A DNA stretch of 64,000 bases from the human T2T-CHM13v2.0 reference genome, Homo sapiens: NCBI RefSeq assembly GCF_009914755.1, contig NC_060936.1. One strand, given 5' to 3'. Shown here piece after piece: positions 18,786 through 40,520 of this stretch (its first letter is position 1; every line of letters begins with the position of its first letter). The notes beneath the pieces are model-generated. The model worked only from the letters and a program-made list of their open reading frames with translations. It ran no database searches and was not told where the DNA came from. The translations under genes and the position numbers were made by a program.

Positions 18786-20384
18786 CTCCACTCCCAATTT
18801 TGGCCTCCATAACCACATGCAGCAGCCCTGGCCCCAGTCTCATTCCCTCACCTCTTGGGCCACCATTTCCTGACAGCTGTGTGCTACAGCCCCAATGCCA
18901 GATGTAACTAATTCACACAGGAACCACACGCAGAATCTTTAACTTCTCAGCTCTTCACGAACCTCAGCCATTGTCAAAACTGGTGCCACTGGGAGGAGGT
19001 GACATCTTTTTTTTATAAAAGGATTATTACAACATATGTCTGGTTATTTTTCTAAATGTTAACAACCAGGATAATTTGGGAAAGTGTGATGACACTTAAA
19101 AGCCAGAGGCAAAGCTATTTTGAGGCAGAAGAATCTAAATTCACTAACACCTCCTTGACAAAATCGGTGAGGATGCAAGACAGCAGGATTAGCTCTTCAA
19201 AAGTTAGATCCAGAGTTTAATTTTTCACACTGGAAAAGCTGGGTAAATAAAATATTAAAATAGTGGGGGGAGGAGTTAAGAGTGTGAAAATGTTAGTTAG
19301 CTATAGAGTTTGTTAGCATCAAGTACCTCGACTTCATCCTTACAACAAAACCTACCAAAGATTCTGCATGCAAAATTGAACCACCTACACTGTAGTTTCT
19401 GGTCATAATAACCAAATGCTTGTTTAATGTGGAATTTGTAGAGCTAGAAATGGGCCTCTGAATTATGAAGCATATGATAATATTATTCTTACTAATTCCC
19501 CAAAACCTACAAATCAGAATCAGATTAACTTTAAGTTGATCTTTAATTCTTTTGAGATATTAACATACCAGCTTGGCCAGCTCGAATCACTTAGGGAAGA
19601 CCTAAGCAAAAATCAATGCAAATAAAATCAAGTATGAGCATCTGAGGCAATGAAGCACAAAACAGATGGCCTTGTTCATGGGGTCAGGTTTTATATCTCC
19701 AGCACCAATGAGGGGTATGTGACTTAATTACCAGCTGTCCTGACCCAGCTGCCTGACCTCAGGGCATTACTGAACTACTATCATGACACAATGAATTACA
19801 AAGACCAAATGAACATATGGACAGACATGGAGCCCTACAAGGTTCCCTGTCCTCATGAAGGACACCAGGAATCACTTCACTTTAAGCAAAAGCAAAGCAG
19901 CTGTGGAGGTCAAAGTGCTATGATAAATATGCAGAAATGAGTGTGAAACTATGGAGTAAAAGTAGAGGTGGGAAAGTCCCCACATTAACCATTTGACTTT
20001 GTTTTTAAAATAAAAATATTTTCCCAATGAAATTATTCTTCCCTCTCTATATGTAGACCCAGTGATACGGTATATAATCATCAGTGGTGCATAATCATCA
20101 ATGCAAAACTGTAGAAAACATAATTGAAAGCAATCTTTTATGTCTAGTTTCCAATCTTCTTTAATAACACTAACAAGTAATCATCATAATAACTCTAAGT
20201 GACCAAAATCTAGCTTCATTGTCATCTTTAGAAGATGAAAAATAAGTTTCTCTGGTTTCCAGGGCAACTAAAAGAATTCTGAAAGCAAGCTAATATATCC
20301 AAAGATACACTATATCCTATACAGCATGGTAGAGATTTCAAGTAATAATTTTCAATCAATTGCTAAAGAACAACTAAGTACAAG

Positions 20385-20570
20385 GGCTCAGACAGACCAG
20401 ACTTGAAAGTCTGGTTTTCCTATTAAGTAGTGGGTTATTTTTGACAGTTAGCTTACTTTCTTCATTGAAAAAAATAGGAATAACATCTATTTGACAGGGT
20501 TGTTACGAGGATTAAAACAGATAATTGATGTAACATAGCATGCTGCAAGGAACATAGAGAGCACTTAATA
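20385..20570 (+). mobile_element. MIR
   Basis: MIR core-like ..AAAATAGGAATAAC..CAGGGTTGTTACGAGGATTAAA.. Confidence 0.55.
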
Positions 20571-21214
20571 GAACACCATTTATTTAACTAAAGGGGATTT
20601 GGTTAAGTTAAATGATTAGATGAACATCATTTAAGATCCACAAGTCACCTTCCCTCCCTCTCTCCACAAGTCCCTGAAGGCTTGGAAAGACAGCTGTGAA
20701 ACAGAGGCATCTAAAGAGAAGGAAATACCAAACCAAGGTAGGGAAAACACCTCAGCAGCAAAACAAAGGTACTCTGAACAATGAGCTTCATTCAGTGAAG
20801 AACAGTTCTCACATGAAAGAAGCTGCTCCAGAGTGAAGGTTTGGTAGCCATGTCAACAGAAGCTAGAGAAAGATTCTTTACAACTAAAGAAAAAATGCTG
20901 AAAATGGTTCACAAGACTCAAAAGTCAGGGTGTATTCAGTGAAACAGCATGAAGTGATTTTAACATGGAAAAAAAAATGAGAACTGAGAAAGTCTTCTAT
21001 TCCTTTTACAATGCAAAAAAAAAAAAAATCTATTTAGTAACAGACATCTGGATCCAGGCCTAGGGTAGCCTTGCCTCTGGCTCTATGGATTTTATTGAGT
21101 CTCTCAAATTTTCAAGGAAATGTACGTCTCCACCTAAAGAAATTAGTGAAGCAAAGATGCTTCATTACTAATACTATATAGCCAGTCCATCTTTGTCTAA
21201 AAAATCCCTTCCAA

Positions 21215-23357
<2,143 letters not shown>

Positions 23358-23457
23358 CTGGCTCAGCCTCCTGAATAGGTGGGATTATAAGTGTGTGCTA
23401 CCCATGCCTAGCTTTGTCCTATCATTAAAAAAAGAAAATCTATTACAAAAGAGAACT

Positions 23458-23742
23458 GGCTGGGCATAGTGGCTCATGCCTGTAATTCCAGAACTTTGGG
23501 AGGCTGAGGTGGGCAGATTGCTCAGGAGTTCGAGACCAGCCTGGGCAACATGGCTAAAACCCATCTCCACTAAAAATACAACAAATTAGCCTGGCGTGGT
23601 GGATGGCTGTGGTCCCAGCTACTCAGGAGGCTGAGATGGGAGGATCGCTTGAGCCCAGGAGGTAGAGCTTGCAGTGAGTGGAAATCATGCCACCGCACTC
23701 CAGCCTGGGTGACAAAGTGAGACACTGAGTCATTAAAAAAAA
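23458..23742 (+). mobile_element. AluJ
   Basis: Alu dimer. Confidence 0.9.
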
Positions 23743-23907
23743 GGAGAGAGAGAGGAAGAGAGAACTTATCAATATTACCAATATAGCCAAAAATCAATGT
23801 GAGAAACTATTCACAGGGAAATATTTTCTCAAAACACATTAGCAATGTTAAGAATTTTTAAAGAATTTCCAAAGCTACAGATTTTTCACATAGGAATCAG
23901 GCCCCTA

Positions 23908-24210
23908 TTTTTGTTTTGTTTTGTTTTGAGACAGAGTCTTGATCTGTCACCCATGTTGGAGTGCAGTGGTACCATCTTGGCTCACTGCAACCTCTGCCTC
24001 CTGGGTTCAAGTGATTCTCCTGCCTCAGCCTCCTGAGTAGCTAGGACTACAGGCATGCCACCACACCTGGCTAATTTTTGTATTTTAGCGGAGATGGGGT
24101 TTCGCCATGTTGGCCAGGCTGGTTTCAAACTCCTGACCTCAGGTGATCTACCCGCTTCAGCCTCCCACAGTGCTGGGATTACAGTCATGAGCCACCACAC
24201 CATGCCAGGC
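23908..24210 (-). mobile_element. AluS
   Basis: Alu dimer. Confidence 0.9.
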
Positions 24211-24682
24211 CCCTGGGTTTCTGTTGGACCAAGTACAGAGCACAGGTAATCATTTAGTGAATGTGAATCATGCCTAAGTGTAACTTACTTTTCATGTTTG
24301 TATGTATCCATTCAAAGAAAACCTGAAAATAATGATACTGTTTGCCAAGACTTAAATGGATGTATATTTGGTGAACCTTTCATTTCTCCACAATTAAGCC
24401 TAATTTATGATGTTAATAATTACACCACATAAGTAAACTGTCACTTCAACTCCTTTTTTCATTTTCATCTACCTTTTCCTTTTGTTTTACCCCTTTCTTA
24501 AGTCTTAATATCTTGCCTAAATATAATTGAAATAAAGTAACCCTAAAAGCACTTTAACTGTCAATGCATAATGAAACTTGTGAAAACCTGCAAGGACAAA
24601 GGAGTGCATGAGAAAAATGAATATGCACCCTGACACATATCATAATTCTTTCCTAACAAGTCTGTTCAAGTTGACAATTATA

Positions 24683-24988
24683 GGCTGGCTGCAGTGGCTC
24701 ATGTCAGTAATCCCAGCACTTTAGGAGGCCAAGGCGGGTTGATCACTTGAGCCCATGAGTTTGAGATCAGCCCGGGTAACATGTTGAAACCCCATCTCTA
24801 CAAAAAATACAAAATTTAGCTGGGCATGGTGGTGAGTGCCTGTAGTCCCAGCTGCTCAGGAGCCTGAGGTAGGAGAATTGCCTGAACCCAGGAGGTTGAA
24901 AGGCTGCAGTGAGCTAAGATCGCACCACTGCACCCTAGCCTGGGCAACAGAATAAGATGCTCTCTCAAATCAAAAAAACAAAAAAAAG
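24683..24988 (+). mobile_element. AluJ
   Basis: Alu dimer. Confidence 0.9.
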
Positions 24989-25449
24989 TTGACCATTTAA
25001 AAAACAGAAAATAGAACTAAAACTTAGTTGTAAAAATGTCTATTTCTAATCTCTCCTAAATGGAGGTAGTAAAAGGAAAAATAGTAAGAAAATTGCCTAT
25101 TTCAAATCTGTTTCTGGGAGCTTATTTAGGTAGGAGAAAAACACTTTTGGACAATGATAATGATGCTCTTCATGTATTGCTAATGCAAAACTCTAACAGC
25201 AAGTATCTTCAGCAAATGCCTAAGAAAATATATTATCACCTTCAAAACTGTTATGAAGACATAAAGTTTGAAGACTTTGGACATATAGCTACTAAGACTC
25301 TTTCAGAAATCATGTTATCTACATATATGAAATACATACATTTTAGAAAATGTCTATCATTAAGTTAGTAATGCTGAAAACTTCTAGGGGTAGGGAAAGT
25401 ACAAAAGGGAATAGTCTTAGACTTCAAGAAAATATTAGCAGATACTTAC

Positions 25450-25480
25450 AATATGCAAAAGTTTTAACACATCCACAAAC
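25450..25480 (-). CDS. FGD6: FGD6 coding micro-exon (probably exon 5, 31 nt)
   Basis: Acceptor ttttttacag|GTTTG, donor CATATT|gtaagt; completes Val then FVDVLKLLHI; restores phase 0. Confidence 0.93.
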
Positions 25481-25564
25481 CTGTAAAAAACAACAATGAA
25501 AAAAATGTTTTAAATGTGCCAATGGGGGGAAAACAGTCTTCTGAATTGTAAACTAGATACCTAC

Positions 25565-25632
25565 ACTTTCTCTGAGCTCATGATCTCCTTGGCAATATGA
25601 TGAACTTTACTTTTCATTCCATTATCTTCATC
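25565..25632 (-). CDS. FGD6: FGD6 coding exon (probably exon 4, 68 nt), start of DH domain
   Basis: Acceptor cttatccacag|GATGAA, donor AAAGT|gtaggt; DEDNGMKSKVHHIAKEIMSSEK(V), containing the conserved DH CR1 E-I-x-x-S/T-E motif. Confidence 0.93.
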
Positions 25633-26011
25633 CTGTGGATAAGAGCACATTTAACATGAACTCATAAAAGAATAATGAAGATCAGCTATGAGCTAGTCAG
25701 ACACGAATTTTAACTCTGATACTTGTAAGTTTCCTCCTAGCACACAGTTCATACCATATAACATTTCAAATGGCAAACGTGGAGAATTGGATGAGGGATA
25801 AACCATGTCACAGGAATAGCTGAGAGCAATCAGTAATCTTCACTGTCATTAGCTGGATTGATGAACTGCCCTGAGTAGCTCCAGAACCTTGCTGGGATGC
25901 AACCATCAGTGGTTCAAAATGGAAGTCACAAACTAAAAAGGCTACAGGGGAAGTGGCCCCTTACAGATAGATACCAGAAGAAGACTCCTTTGGGTGTGTA
26001 CAAATAATTTA

Positions 26012-26332
<321 letters not shown>

Positions 26333-26533
26333 TTAGTTAATATCCAATAGGAATGTAGATGAGAACTTCACCATAAGTAAAGGTATTTTAACTCACAACT
26401 TAAATATAGTCTGAACAGGGCTCTTCTTCAATCTATAACAAATATAAGTCAAAATTACAGTCACAGGCTCTCCGAATTTCCTTAAAATCCCTTTTAGATA
26501 TATGCTTAGAGAGTCAAGGCAGTTTTATGCTAA

Positions 26534-26904
<371 letters not shown>

Positions 26905-27876
26905 ATGAAATTCTTTTATTATGGACTACTTTGTATAAAAACTAAATGCCCTAGCAGGAACAAAAAAAATGTGCATCTTTAACAAAATAATAATAAAGAT
27001 GACTCAAAAAGAGGTCTCAGTATTTAGGTGAATTTGTTGTTGTTGTTTTCAATAAAATATCGAGAGTTGGATTTAGTTCCAGGGAAATCAGAGAAAAGGA
27101 GAGAAGCTTCTCTCCATTTATGTTCCAGTTCAAGATCAGAACACTACAGTTCCACAGTAAAGACCAAAAAGAGTAAATAAGGAACAAGCAAGTATAAATT
27201 TTAGATGTTACACCTAAGGTGAAAATGATGACTGCTGACATTAAAACGAAAATGCTTGGATGTTTCTTTGAAGAAACGTCAGACCTGGTTTTAGAAAGAG
27301 GTCTCTTTGCATTCTCGTAGGCACTGGCAACACCAGGACACGGTTATTTTGTGCTGACCAGGGTGCAGCTGGACAAGGCAATGACATGATAAACATTAAA
27401 AATGACCATGACAGTCCAGCAGTCATTCATTAATGAAATGCCACAGGAAAAAAAAATATGGTAGCAACTTCTCTCTAAAGTAGTCTTCTTTTTAACATTG
27501 GAATCATGGATCTAGCAGATCTGTTTCCCTGAGACTCACTGTGATGGATCACATGACTATGTTAGTTCTTCATTTGGGAAAATTTTTTTTTCTTTTTTCT
27601 AAGTTTCCACATACAACACTGAGGGAAAAAACTTTTTTCGACTGCTTCCAGAATTTCAGTGTCACAACCAAGGTAAAAAAATAGATGCAGGTTTAACAAT
27701 GAAACCCTTCTGAAAATTACATTTTAATAAATTAAAAAAAATATGACTATATATGTTCCATACATACACTGAAACCCTTTTATTTGTTACTTTATTAAAG
27801 CATGGGTGATGTTCAAGTGAATAAATGAGGAGAGGATTCCTCAAGGTTTTATAGTATGTTAAAATTTAGATTTTTA

Positions 27877-28203
<327 letters not shown>

Positions 28204-28436
28204 CCTGCAATCACTTCTATGCTCACAAGAAGTCAGAGAACTATAGGGGAAAGTTTTATTTTTGCATTCATTCTTTTTATTATATTGAGAACCATTAGAA
28301 TCATAAATAGTAGTCAGTCATTAGAGTGAATGAAGTCAAACACAGGGACTACGTAAAGTGAGAGTTGGACCAAGAGCACAGTCCCAAAGAACACCCACTT
28401 AAAATAGGGATTTGCCAAGACTCAAAGTTGACTATT

Positions 28437-29546
28437 TGTTGTGGGAAGTCAGGAACCCCAAATGGAGGGACTGGCTGAAGCCATGGCAGAAGAACATAAA
28501 TTGTGAAGATTTCACGGACATTTATTAGTTCCCCAAAATTAATACTTTTATAATTTCTTATGCCTGTCTTTACTGCAATCTCTGAACATAAATTGTGAAG
28601 ATTTCATGGACACTTATCACTTCCCCAGTCAATACCCTTGTGATTTCCTATGCCTGTCTTTACTTTAATCTCTTAATCCCGTCACCTTCGTAAGCTGAGG
28701 GGGATGTATGTTGCCTCAGGACCCTGTGTTGATTGTGTTAACTGCACAAATTGTTTGTAGAGCATGTGTGTTTGAACAATATAAAATCTGGGCACCTTGA
28801 AAAAAGAACAGGGTAACAGCAATGTTCAGGGAACAAGAGAGATAACTTTAAACTCTGACTGCCAGTGAGCTGGGAGGAACAGAGCCATATTTCTATTCTT
28901 TCAAAAGCAAATGGGAGAAATATCGCTGAATTCTTTTTCTCAGCAAGGAACATCCCTGAGAAAGAGAATGCATCCCTGAGGGTGGGCCTCTGAAATGGCT
29001 GCTTCGGGGCCGGCAGTCTTTTATGGTCAAGCTGTAGGGATGAAATAAACCCCAGTCTCCCATAGCGCTCCCAGGCTTATTAGGACAAGGAAATTCCCGC
29101 CTAAAAAATTTTTGGTCAGACCGGTTGTCTGCTCTCAAACCCTGTCTCCTGATAAGATGTTATCAATGACAATGTGTGCCCGAAACTTCATTAGCAATTT
29201 TAATTTCGCCCCGTCCTGTGGTCCTGTGATCTCGCCCTGCCTCCATTTGCCTTGTGATATTCTATTACCTTGTGAAGCATGTGATCTCTGTGACCCACAC
29301 CCTATTTGTACACTCCCACCCCTGTAGAAATCACTAATAAAAACTTGCTGGTTTTACGGCTCAGGGGGCATCACAGAACCTGCTGACATGTGATGTCTCC
29401 CCCGGACACTCAGCTTTAAAATTTCCCACTTCTGTACTCTATCCCTTTATTTCTCAGACCAGCCAACATTTAGGGAAAATGAAAACAACCTACGTGAAAT
29501 ATTGGGGGTGAATTCCGCCCAATATCTGGCTGAATTTCCCCCAATA
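28437..29546 (+). mobile_element. MER11-family (HERV-K11/ERVK) solo LTR, full length, antisense to FGD6
   Basis: Starts TGTTGTGGGAAGTCAGGAACCCCAAATGGAGGGAC and ends TGAATTTCCCCCAATA as in MER11; 1110 bp; perfect 6-bp TSD ACTATT (28431-28436 and 29547-29552); AATAAA near 29336. Confidence 0.9.
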
Positions 29547-29929
29547 ACTATTAGCACAGTTGGAAAAAGAACCCAGATTTCCCAATATTTAACCTACAAA
29601 TAATTTTATTACACCTTGAATCTCTCTTCAATATCTGCCAGTAATCTCAGCATATCCTTACAAATAATTACTGCTAAACCTAATACCCACACATCCACTC
29701 TCCCACCAAGATTTAACAAATCCAAACATTCTGAAATACTTGTTTTAAATCTTTCTGTGAAACAAATTGTTAAATTATGATATTAAAGTTCTCTTCTTCC
29801 TCTGACAGAAGTAGCCACTAATCTTACAGTTTGTGTATATTTGTCCCTTCATGTTTTCTTACTTTACTACAGAATAATTTATATGCAATACCAAGAAATC
29901 CTGACCCTTCCATAAGAATATAAATACTG

Positions 29930-30231
<302 letters not shown>

Positions 30232-30457
30232 GAATATAAATACTGTTATGCAAAAAATATTCAAAGAAGGTTGTGAAACCAACTACTTGTGAAAATAATC
30301 TTTAAATGGATTACTAATTCAGAGTCCAGTCTAATGAGCCTAGGATACTTTTTTCATGCTACTTTACCTTAGCTCTCAAACTCTACTGCTAAAAGGACAA
30401 TTAGATAGACAGATGAATATGACCTCTATTCCTGTTATTATTCCTCTTTCCTAATGA

Positions 30458-31103
<646 letters not shown>

Positions 31104-31352
31104 GATCACTCACCTTTTAAACTACACATAGCTATATTCCTCAGGAAGACTGCAGTCTTAAGCACAGTCTGACCTTGACCTGGCAGACCACATATCAGGC
31201 ACTAAATAATCATGATTACATAAGTGTCTACACACACATACACACACACACACGGATAACTGTTATTTTGAAAACATATTTTAGCAAGTCCAAACTTTTC
31301 TATCACAATGGGGTTCTCCATATAATCTGTAGATAGAAAAGTTTAATGTTTA

Positions 31353-31592
<240 letters not shown>

Positions 31593-31919
31593 TCAGGGAA
31601 CTGAAGCCCTGACTCTTCATTTCCAAATAATGTGACATCCCTTAAAGGTCAAGAGCGGATCTTATCAGTAGCTTTAAAGAAATGCAGGCACACTATAGAT
31701 GTGGAAGCATTTGACTACTGGAGTCAGCTAAAATGTGCACGAGCTCGACACAAAAATTTCAAGTAGCTGTTAATTTATTTTTGGCACCTACCCTTTGTTT
31801 CCTCTCCTCTTTTTATCACTCTCCTTTTGTTAGGTCTCTACTCTGTAACTTTTTTTTCTCTCCTTCTCAGGACCTTGCTCTGCCAGGGCCTGCATTACAC
31901 AGACTTGTGTAGAGGAGGC

Positions 31920-33085
<1,166 letters not shown>

Positions 33086-33101
33086 GCCCCTACTCATACG
33101 G

Positions 33102-34290
<1,189 letters not shown>

Positions 34291-34636
34291 GGGTTTTCTT
34301 CTGTCTCCTAATGTCACTGAGCACAGAATTCATATTTCTTCTCCTTGTTATTCTGAGATCATTTTCAAGAGAAAGATGTCAGTACCATCTTTACACTTTC
34401 ATTTTAAAATCTGAAGTTAGTAACTGACTTTCTGTCATTTGATAGCAAAGTTAATAAGAAAAAACTGTTCTACCACCCGCCCATTCACTGCTCTACATAT
34501 AAATTTGAAAACATTAGTGATCATTAGAATCACAGGCAGATCTTAAATTTCAGATTCCCAGGTACTGTCTTAGAAATTCTGATTGTGTAGGTCTAAAATG
34601 GAGCATTAAAAGTAGGTGTTAGAAGAAGGAATTACA

Positions 34637-35202
34637 CAGGGCACCATGGTTCACATTTGTAATCTCAACATTTTGGGAAGCAGGAGGATCACTTGAGGCC
34701 AGGAATTCAAGGCCAGCAAGGACAACATAGTGACACCTGAAAAATACAAAAAAAAAAAAAAAAAAAAGCCAGGCATGGTGGCATGTGCCTGTAGTTCCTA
34801 ATCACTTGAGAGACTGAGGTAGGAGGATCACATGAGCCCAGGAGTTCAAGGCTGCAGGGGACTATGATAAATAAGAATAGCCCCAGTTGGCCAGGTGCGG
34901 TGGCTCACACCTGTAATCCCAGCACTTTGGGAGGCTGAGACAGGTGGATCACTTGAGGCCAGGAGTTCAAGACCAACCTGGCCAACATGGTGTAACCCTG
35001 TCTCTACTGAAAATACAAAAACTAGCTGGGCGCCGACAGTGGTGCATACCTGTAGTCCCAGCTACTTGGGAGGCTGAAGCATGAGAGTCACTTAAACCTG
35101 AGAGGCGGAGGCTGCAGTAAGTCAAGATTGCGCCACTGTACTCTCCAGCCTGGGTGACAGAGTGAGATTCTGTCTAAAAATTGAATGAATAAATAAATAA
35201 AT
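34637..35202 (+). mobile_element. Degenerate AluJ (34637-34870) and AluS (34889-35202)
   Basis: Alu sequence; TSD AATAGCCCCAG for the second. Confidence 0.85.
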
Positions 35203-35399
35203 AGCCCCAGCCTTCAAGAAGTGAACAATGGAAACGAACTGAACATACAAATAACTACATATAAGCACAACTATGAAAAGTGCTGCCACCTTGAAGAAGA
35301 GAAAGACCATAATCAGGCAGAGGTGTGTCAATCAGGAAAGGCTTCACAAAGAATAAAGCATTTGATGACTCCAAATCACCGTTTAAACACAATCCATCA

Positions 35400-36225
35400 G
35401 CTACTCCTATACTAGCTACTGTAGATACCAACTCATTAATGCCAGAAACCTGGACTCTTCTTTTTTGTCCCCATAGTCACCTTTTATTATTACAACTGAG
35501 TCAAGTCCTATCAATGTGTCCCGAAGATTTAAAGCTTAAATGATCCTTTCCTCTCCTTTGATGTTGCCTCCTTACCTCTTGCCCTCACTATTACAGCAAC
35601 CTAAAAGGTTTCCTTGGCTCTGTGTTTACCCCACTGCAACCCCTTCTGTACACTGCCACTAGAATATTTCTAAAATGCAAATATAACCAGGTTAGTTCTC
35701 AGGCTAAATGTTAGCAGCTCCCTATCACAGATGGATAACAAAGATTCAAGTTTCTTTCGCCAAGGGTATTAGGCATTTCTCAACATGTCCACTCACCTTC
35801 ACCAGGCTTCTCCCTCCTCCTCCACACTGTGTACTCTCTAACCCACCACGCTGCAACTCCAGCCATGCTCTCCCCTTCTGTGTCTGTCCCTTTGCGCATA
35901 TACCTTTCCTTTTGCCTTGACTTGCTTCCCCAGCACTTCTCCTTCTCCCTGAAGATTTCTGCCTTTCATATTCCAAACGTCCTTTAAGACAACACTCCAA
36001 CTTTTTTTTTATGATGGCTCCCTTGACATTCTTTCCCTCCTACTATCAAAGGACAAGATAATTTTCTTATTCATGTAATATTTATAGGACTTAACCCAGT
36101 AGACTGTGTTTACTTGCTGAAATGTCTGAATTCCCTCTAGTCTCCGATCTAATTCACCCTGTATCCTTCTGCACATAGCACGCTGCTTGGTCCACTGTGC
36201 AATTAATATTTACGAATAAGCAAAT
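35400..36225 (+). mobile_element. L2 3' fragment
   Basis: Pyrimidine-rich degenerate L2 ending GCACATAGCAC..AATATTTACGAATAAGCAAATG. Confidence 0.5.
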
Positions 36226-36875
36226 GTGTATAAGGATGGCTGCCACCTTCTCAGAATCTGAGACAGAGCATATTGCTTTTGAAGATGTGTTGCATAACAC
36301 AAAAATGCAAACTCGAATGAACTAAAAGCTTTAATCACATAAAAGAGTAGGAGGTTGGACTAAATGATTAAGGTCTTTTCCAATTCTAAGGTTCTAGGAG
36401 TCTATATATTCCATTGTCCATTTTACCTTCTAAACCAGGAAAGCTACAGAGCTAAATAAAGAGGTATAAAAATTATTAGAAATAAGTCAATGGATTATAA
36501 TCATCTTCAAAGTGGACAGAAAGTCAAATATAAATTAAAAAAAAATTAAAAGCTCTATATTATCTCCAACTTGTAAGAACAATGACTGATTGTGACCCAA
36601 GTCAAACAGCGATGGAAAAACACACACCCCATGGCATCTCAACTTTTCAGCTAATGAAAATCCTCACTTAAATTACATTGCATTTCAAAGCAGTTCCCTG
36701 TTAAATAACAGCGTCTCCCAAAAGTACACTGTTGTGGAAGTTGAAACATGAGCCACAAATGAAATAACTTTGTCAAGGTCATAAAATAAGTCAAACAAAT
36801 TCCAAAACAGAACCTTTGATCTGAAATCTAGTTTTATGTTCCAATCTCTTGACGCTAGCCCAGCTTTGTAAATTC

Positions 36876-37007
36876 TTTTTTTTTTTTCCTTCCTTTTTTT
36901 TTTTTTGAGATGGAGTCTCGCTCTGTCACCCAGGCTGGAGTGCAGTGGCACGATCTCGGCTCACGGCAAGCTCCGCCTCCCTGGTTCACGCCATTCTCCT
37001 GCCTCAG
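36876..37007 (-). mobile_element. AluY, 5' truncated
   Basis: AluY diagnostics CAAGCTCCGCC and TTCACGCCATTCTCC; perfect TSD CAGCTTTGTAAATTCTT. Confidence 0.9.
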
Positions 37008-37084
37008 CAGCTTTGTAAATTCTTAATTGTGTTCTTATCATATTTGTTCACTACAAGTGACATTCAGTGAAATTTATCCATTCC

Positions 37085-37435
<351 letters not shown>

Positions 37436-37851
37436 TAATAAAAAACAAAAAATGTTAACATCCAGACTGCCTGAGAAACATCTCTTTATCATTAAGTTAT
37501 TTCAAAAATGAGGTGACATCATGATTAATCTCTAAACAATGCTCTCTTAGGTTTTCGCCCTTTCTTTATGAAAGTATGTATCATATGAGCTACTTTACAA
37601 AGATTTTTTAAAAAAACAAGGAAATCAATATATAAGAAAGATGAAGACGATGAATATTCTAACCACAAACAAGTAGAATAAATACATCTTACTTTTTAAA
37701 CAAGCATTTAAGCCCTGAAAGGAAAGACCAAAAACTATAAAAATAAAAATTTAGAAAAGGGAACAGGACAGATCAGCATGGCTAGGTATTTCACCTCAAC
37801 ATGTTTCATTGACATCATTCAGCTTCCATGGCTGTACCAAGTTGTTAGTAG

Positions 37852-38860
<1,009 letters not shown>

Positions 38861-39051
38861 TGATATCACCGACTTTTCCTGAGTTGCTAGAAAGCCAAAT
38901 TTGTGGCCCATCCTCAGCTAATGAATAGGACTACATGATATACATTACTCTGTACAAATCTTCCATTAGCACTATTGTTTTTCCTTCAGCAAGGTTTATT
39001 TTATAACAGCTTTGTTGAGATATAATTCATATACTACAAAATAGGTTTTTA

Positions 39052-39375
<324 letters not shown>

Positions 39376-39442
39376 GAAACTCCATGCCCATTATCAGTCA
39401 TTCCTCATTCCTATTTTATGGCTGAATAGTATTCCATTGTAG

Positions 39443-39799
<357 letters not shown>

Positions 39800-40222
39800 C
39801 TTTCTACTTTTTTGACTATTATGAATAATGCTGTTATGAACATTCCTCTACAAGTTTTTGTGTGGACATATGCTTTCATATCTCTTGGGTGGATACCTAA
39901 GAGTAGCATTGCTAGGTCATATGGTAACTCTACATTTAAACTTTTCAGAGCTGCCAGACTGTTTTCCAAAGTGGCTGCACCATTTTAGATCCTATAAGGA
40001 CTCCCATTTCTCCACATCCTGACTAGCAGTTGTTACTGTACATCTTCTTGATTATGGCTACCCTAGTGGGTGTGCAGTGGTACCTCACTGAAGCATTGCT
40101 TTGTATTTCTTTAACGGCTTATGATGTTGAACACCTTTTTACATCTTTATTGGCCACTGTATATCTTCTTTAGTCTATTCAGATTCTTAAGCCTGGGTGA
40201 TTGATCTTTTTACTGTTTGAGG

Positions 40223-40520
40223 TTTTTTTTTTTTTTTTGAGATGGAGTCTAGCTCTGTCACCCAGGTTGGACTGCAATGGTGTGATCTCGGCTCACTGCA
40301 ACCTCCGCAACCCGGGTTCAAGCAATTCTCCTGCCTCAGCCTCCTGAGTAGCTAGGATTACAGGCATGCACCAACACACAGGGCTAATTTTTGTATTTTT
40401 AGTAGAGATGGGATTTCACCATGTTGGCCAGACTGGTATCGAACTCCTGACCTCAAGTGATCTGCCCGCCTCGACCTCCCAAAGTGCTGGGATTACAGGT
40501 GTGAGCCCCCGCGCCCAGCC
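40223..40520 (-). mobile_element. AluS
   Basis: Alu dimer. Confidence 0.9.

Noticed and set aside
25060-25368. 102-aa + strand ORF near the micro-exon
   Set aside because: AT-rich intronic sequence with no recognisable domain, promoter or splice support.
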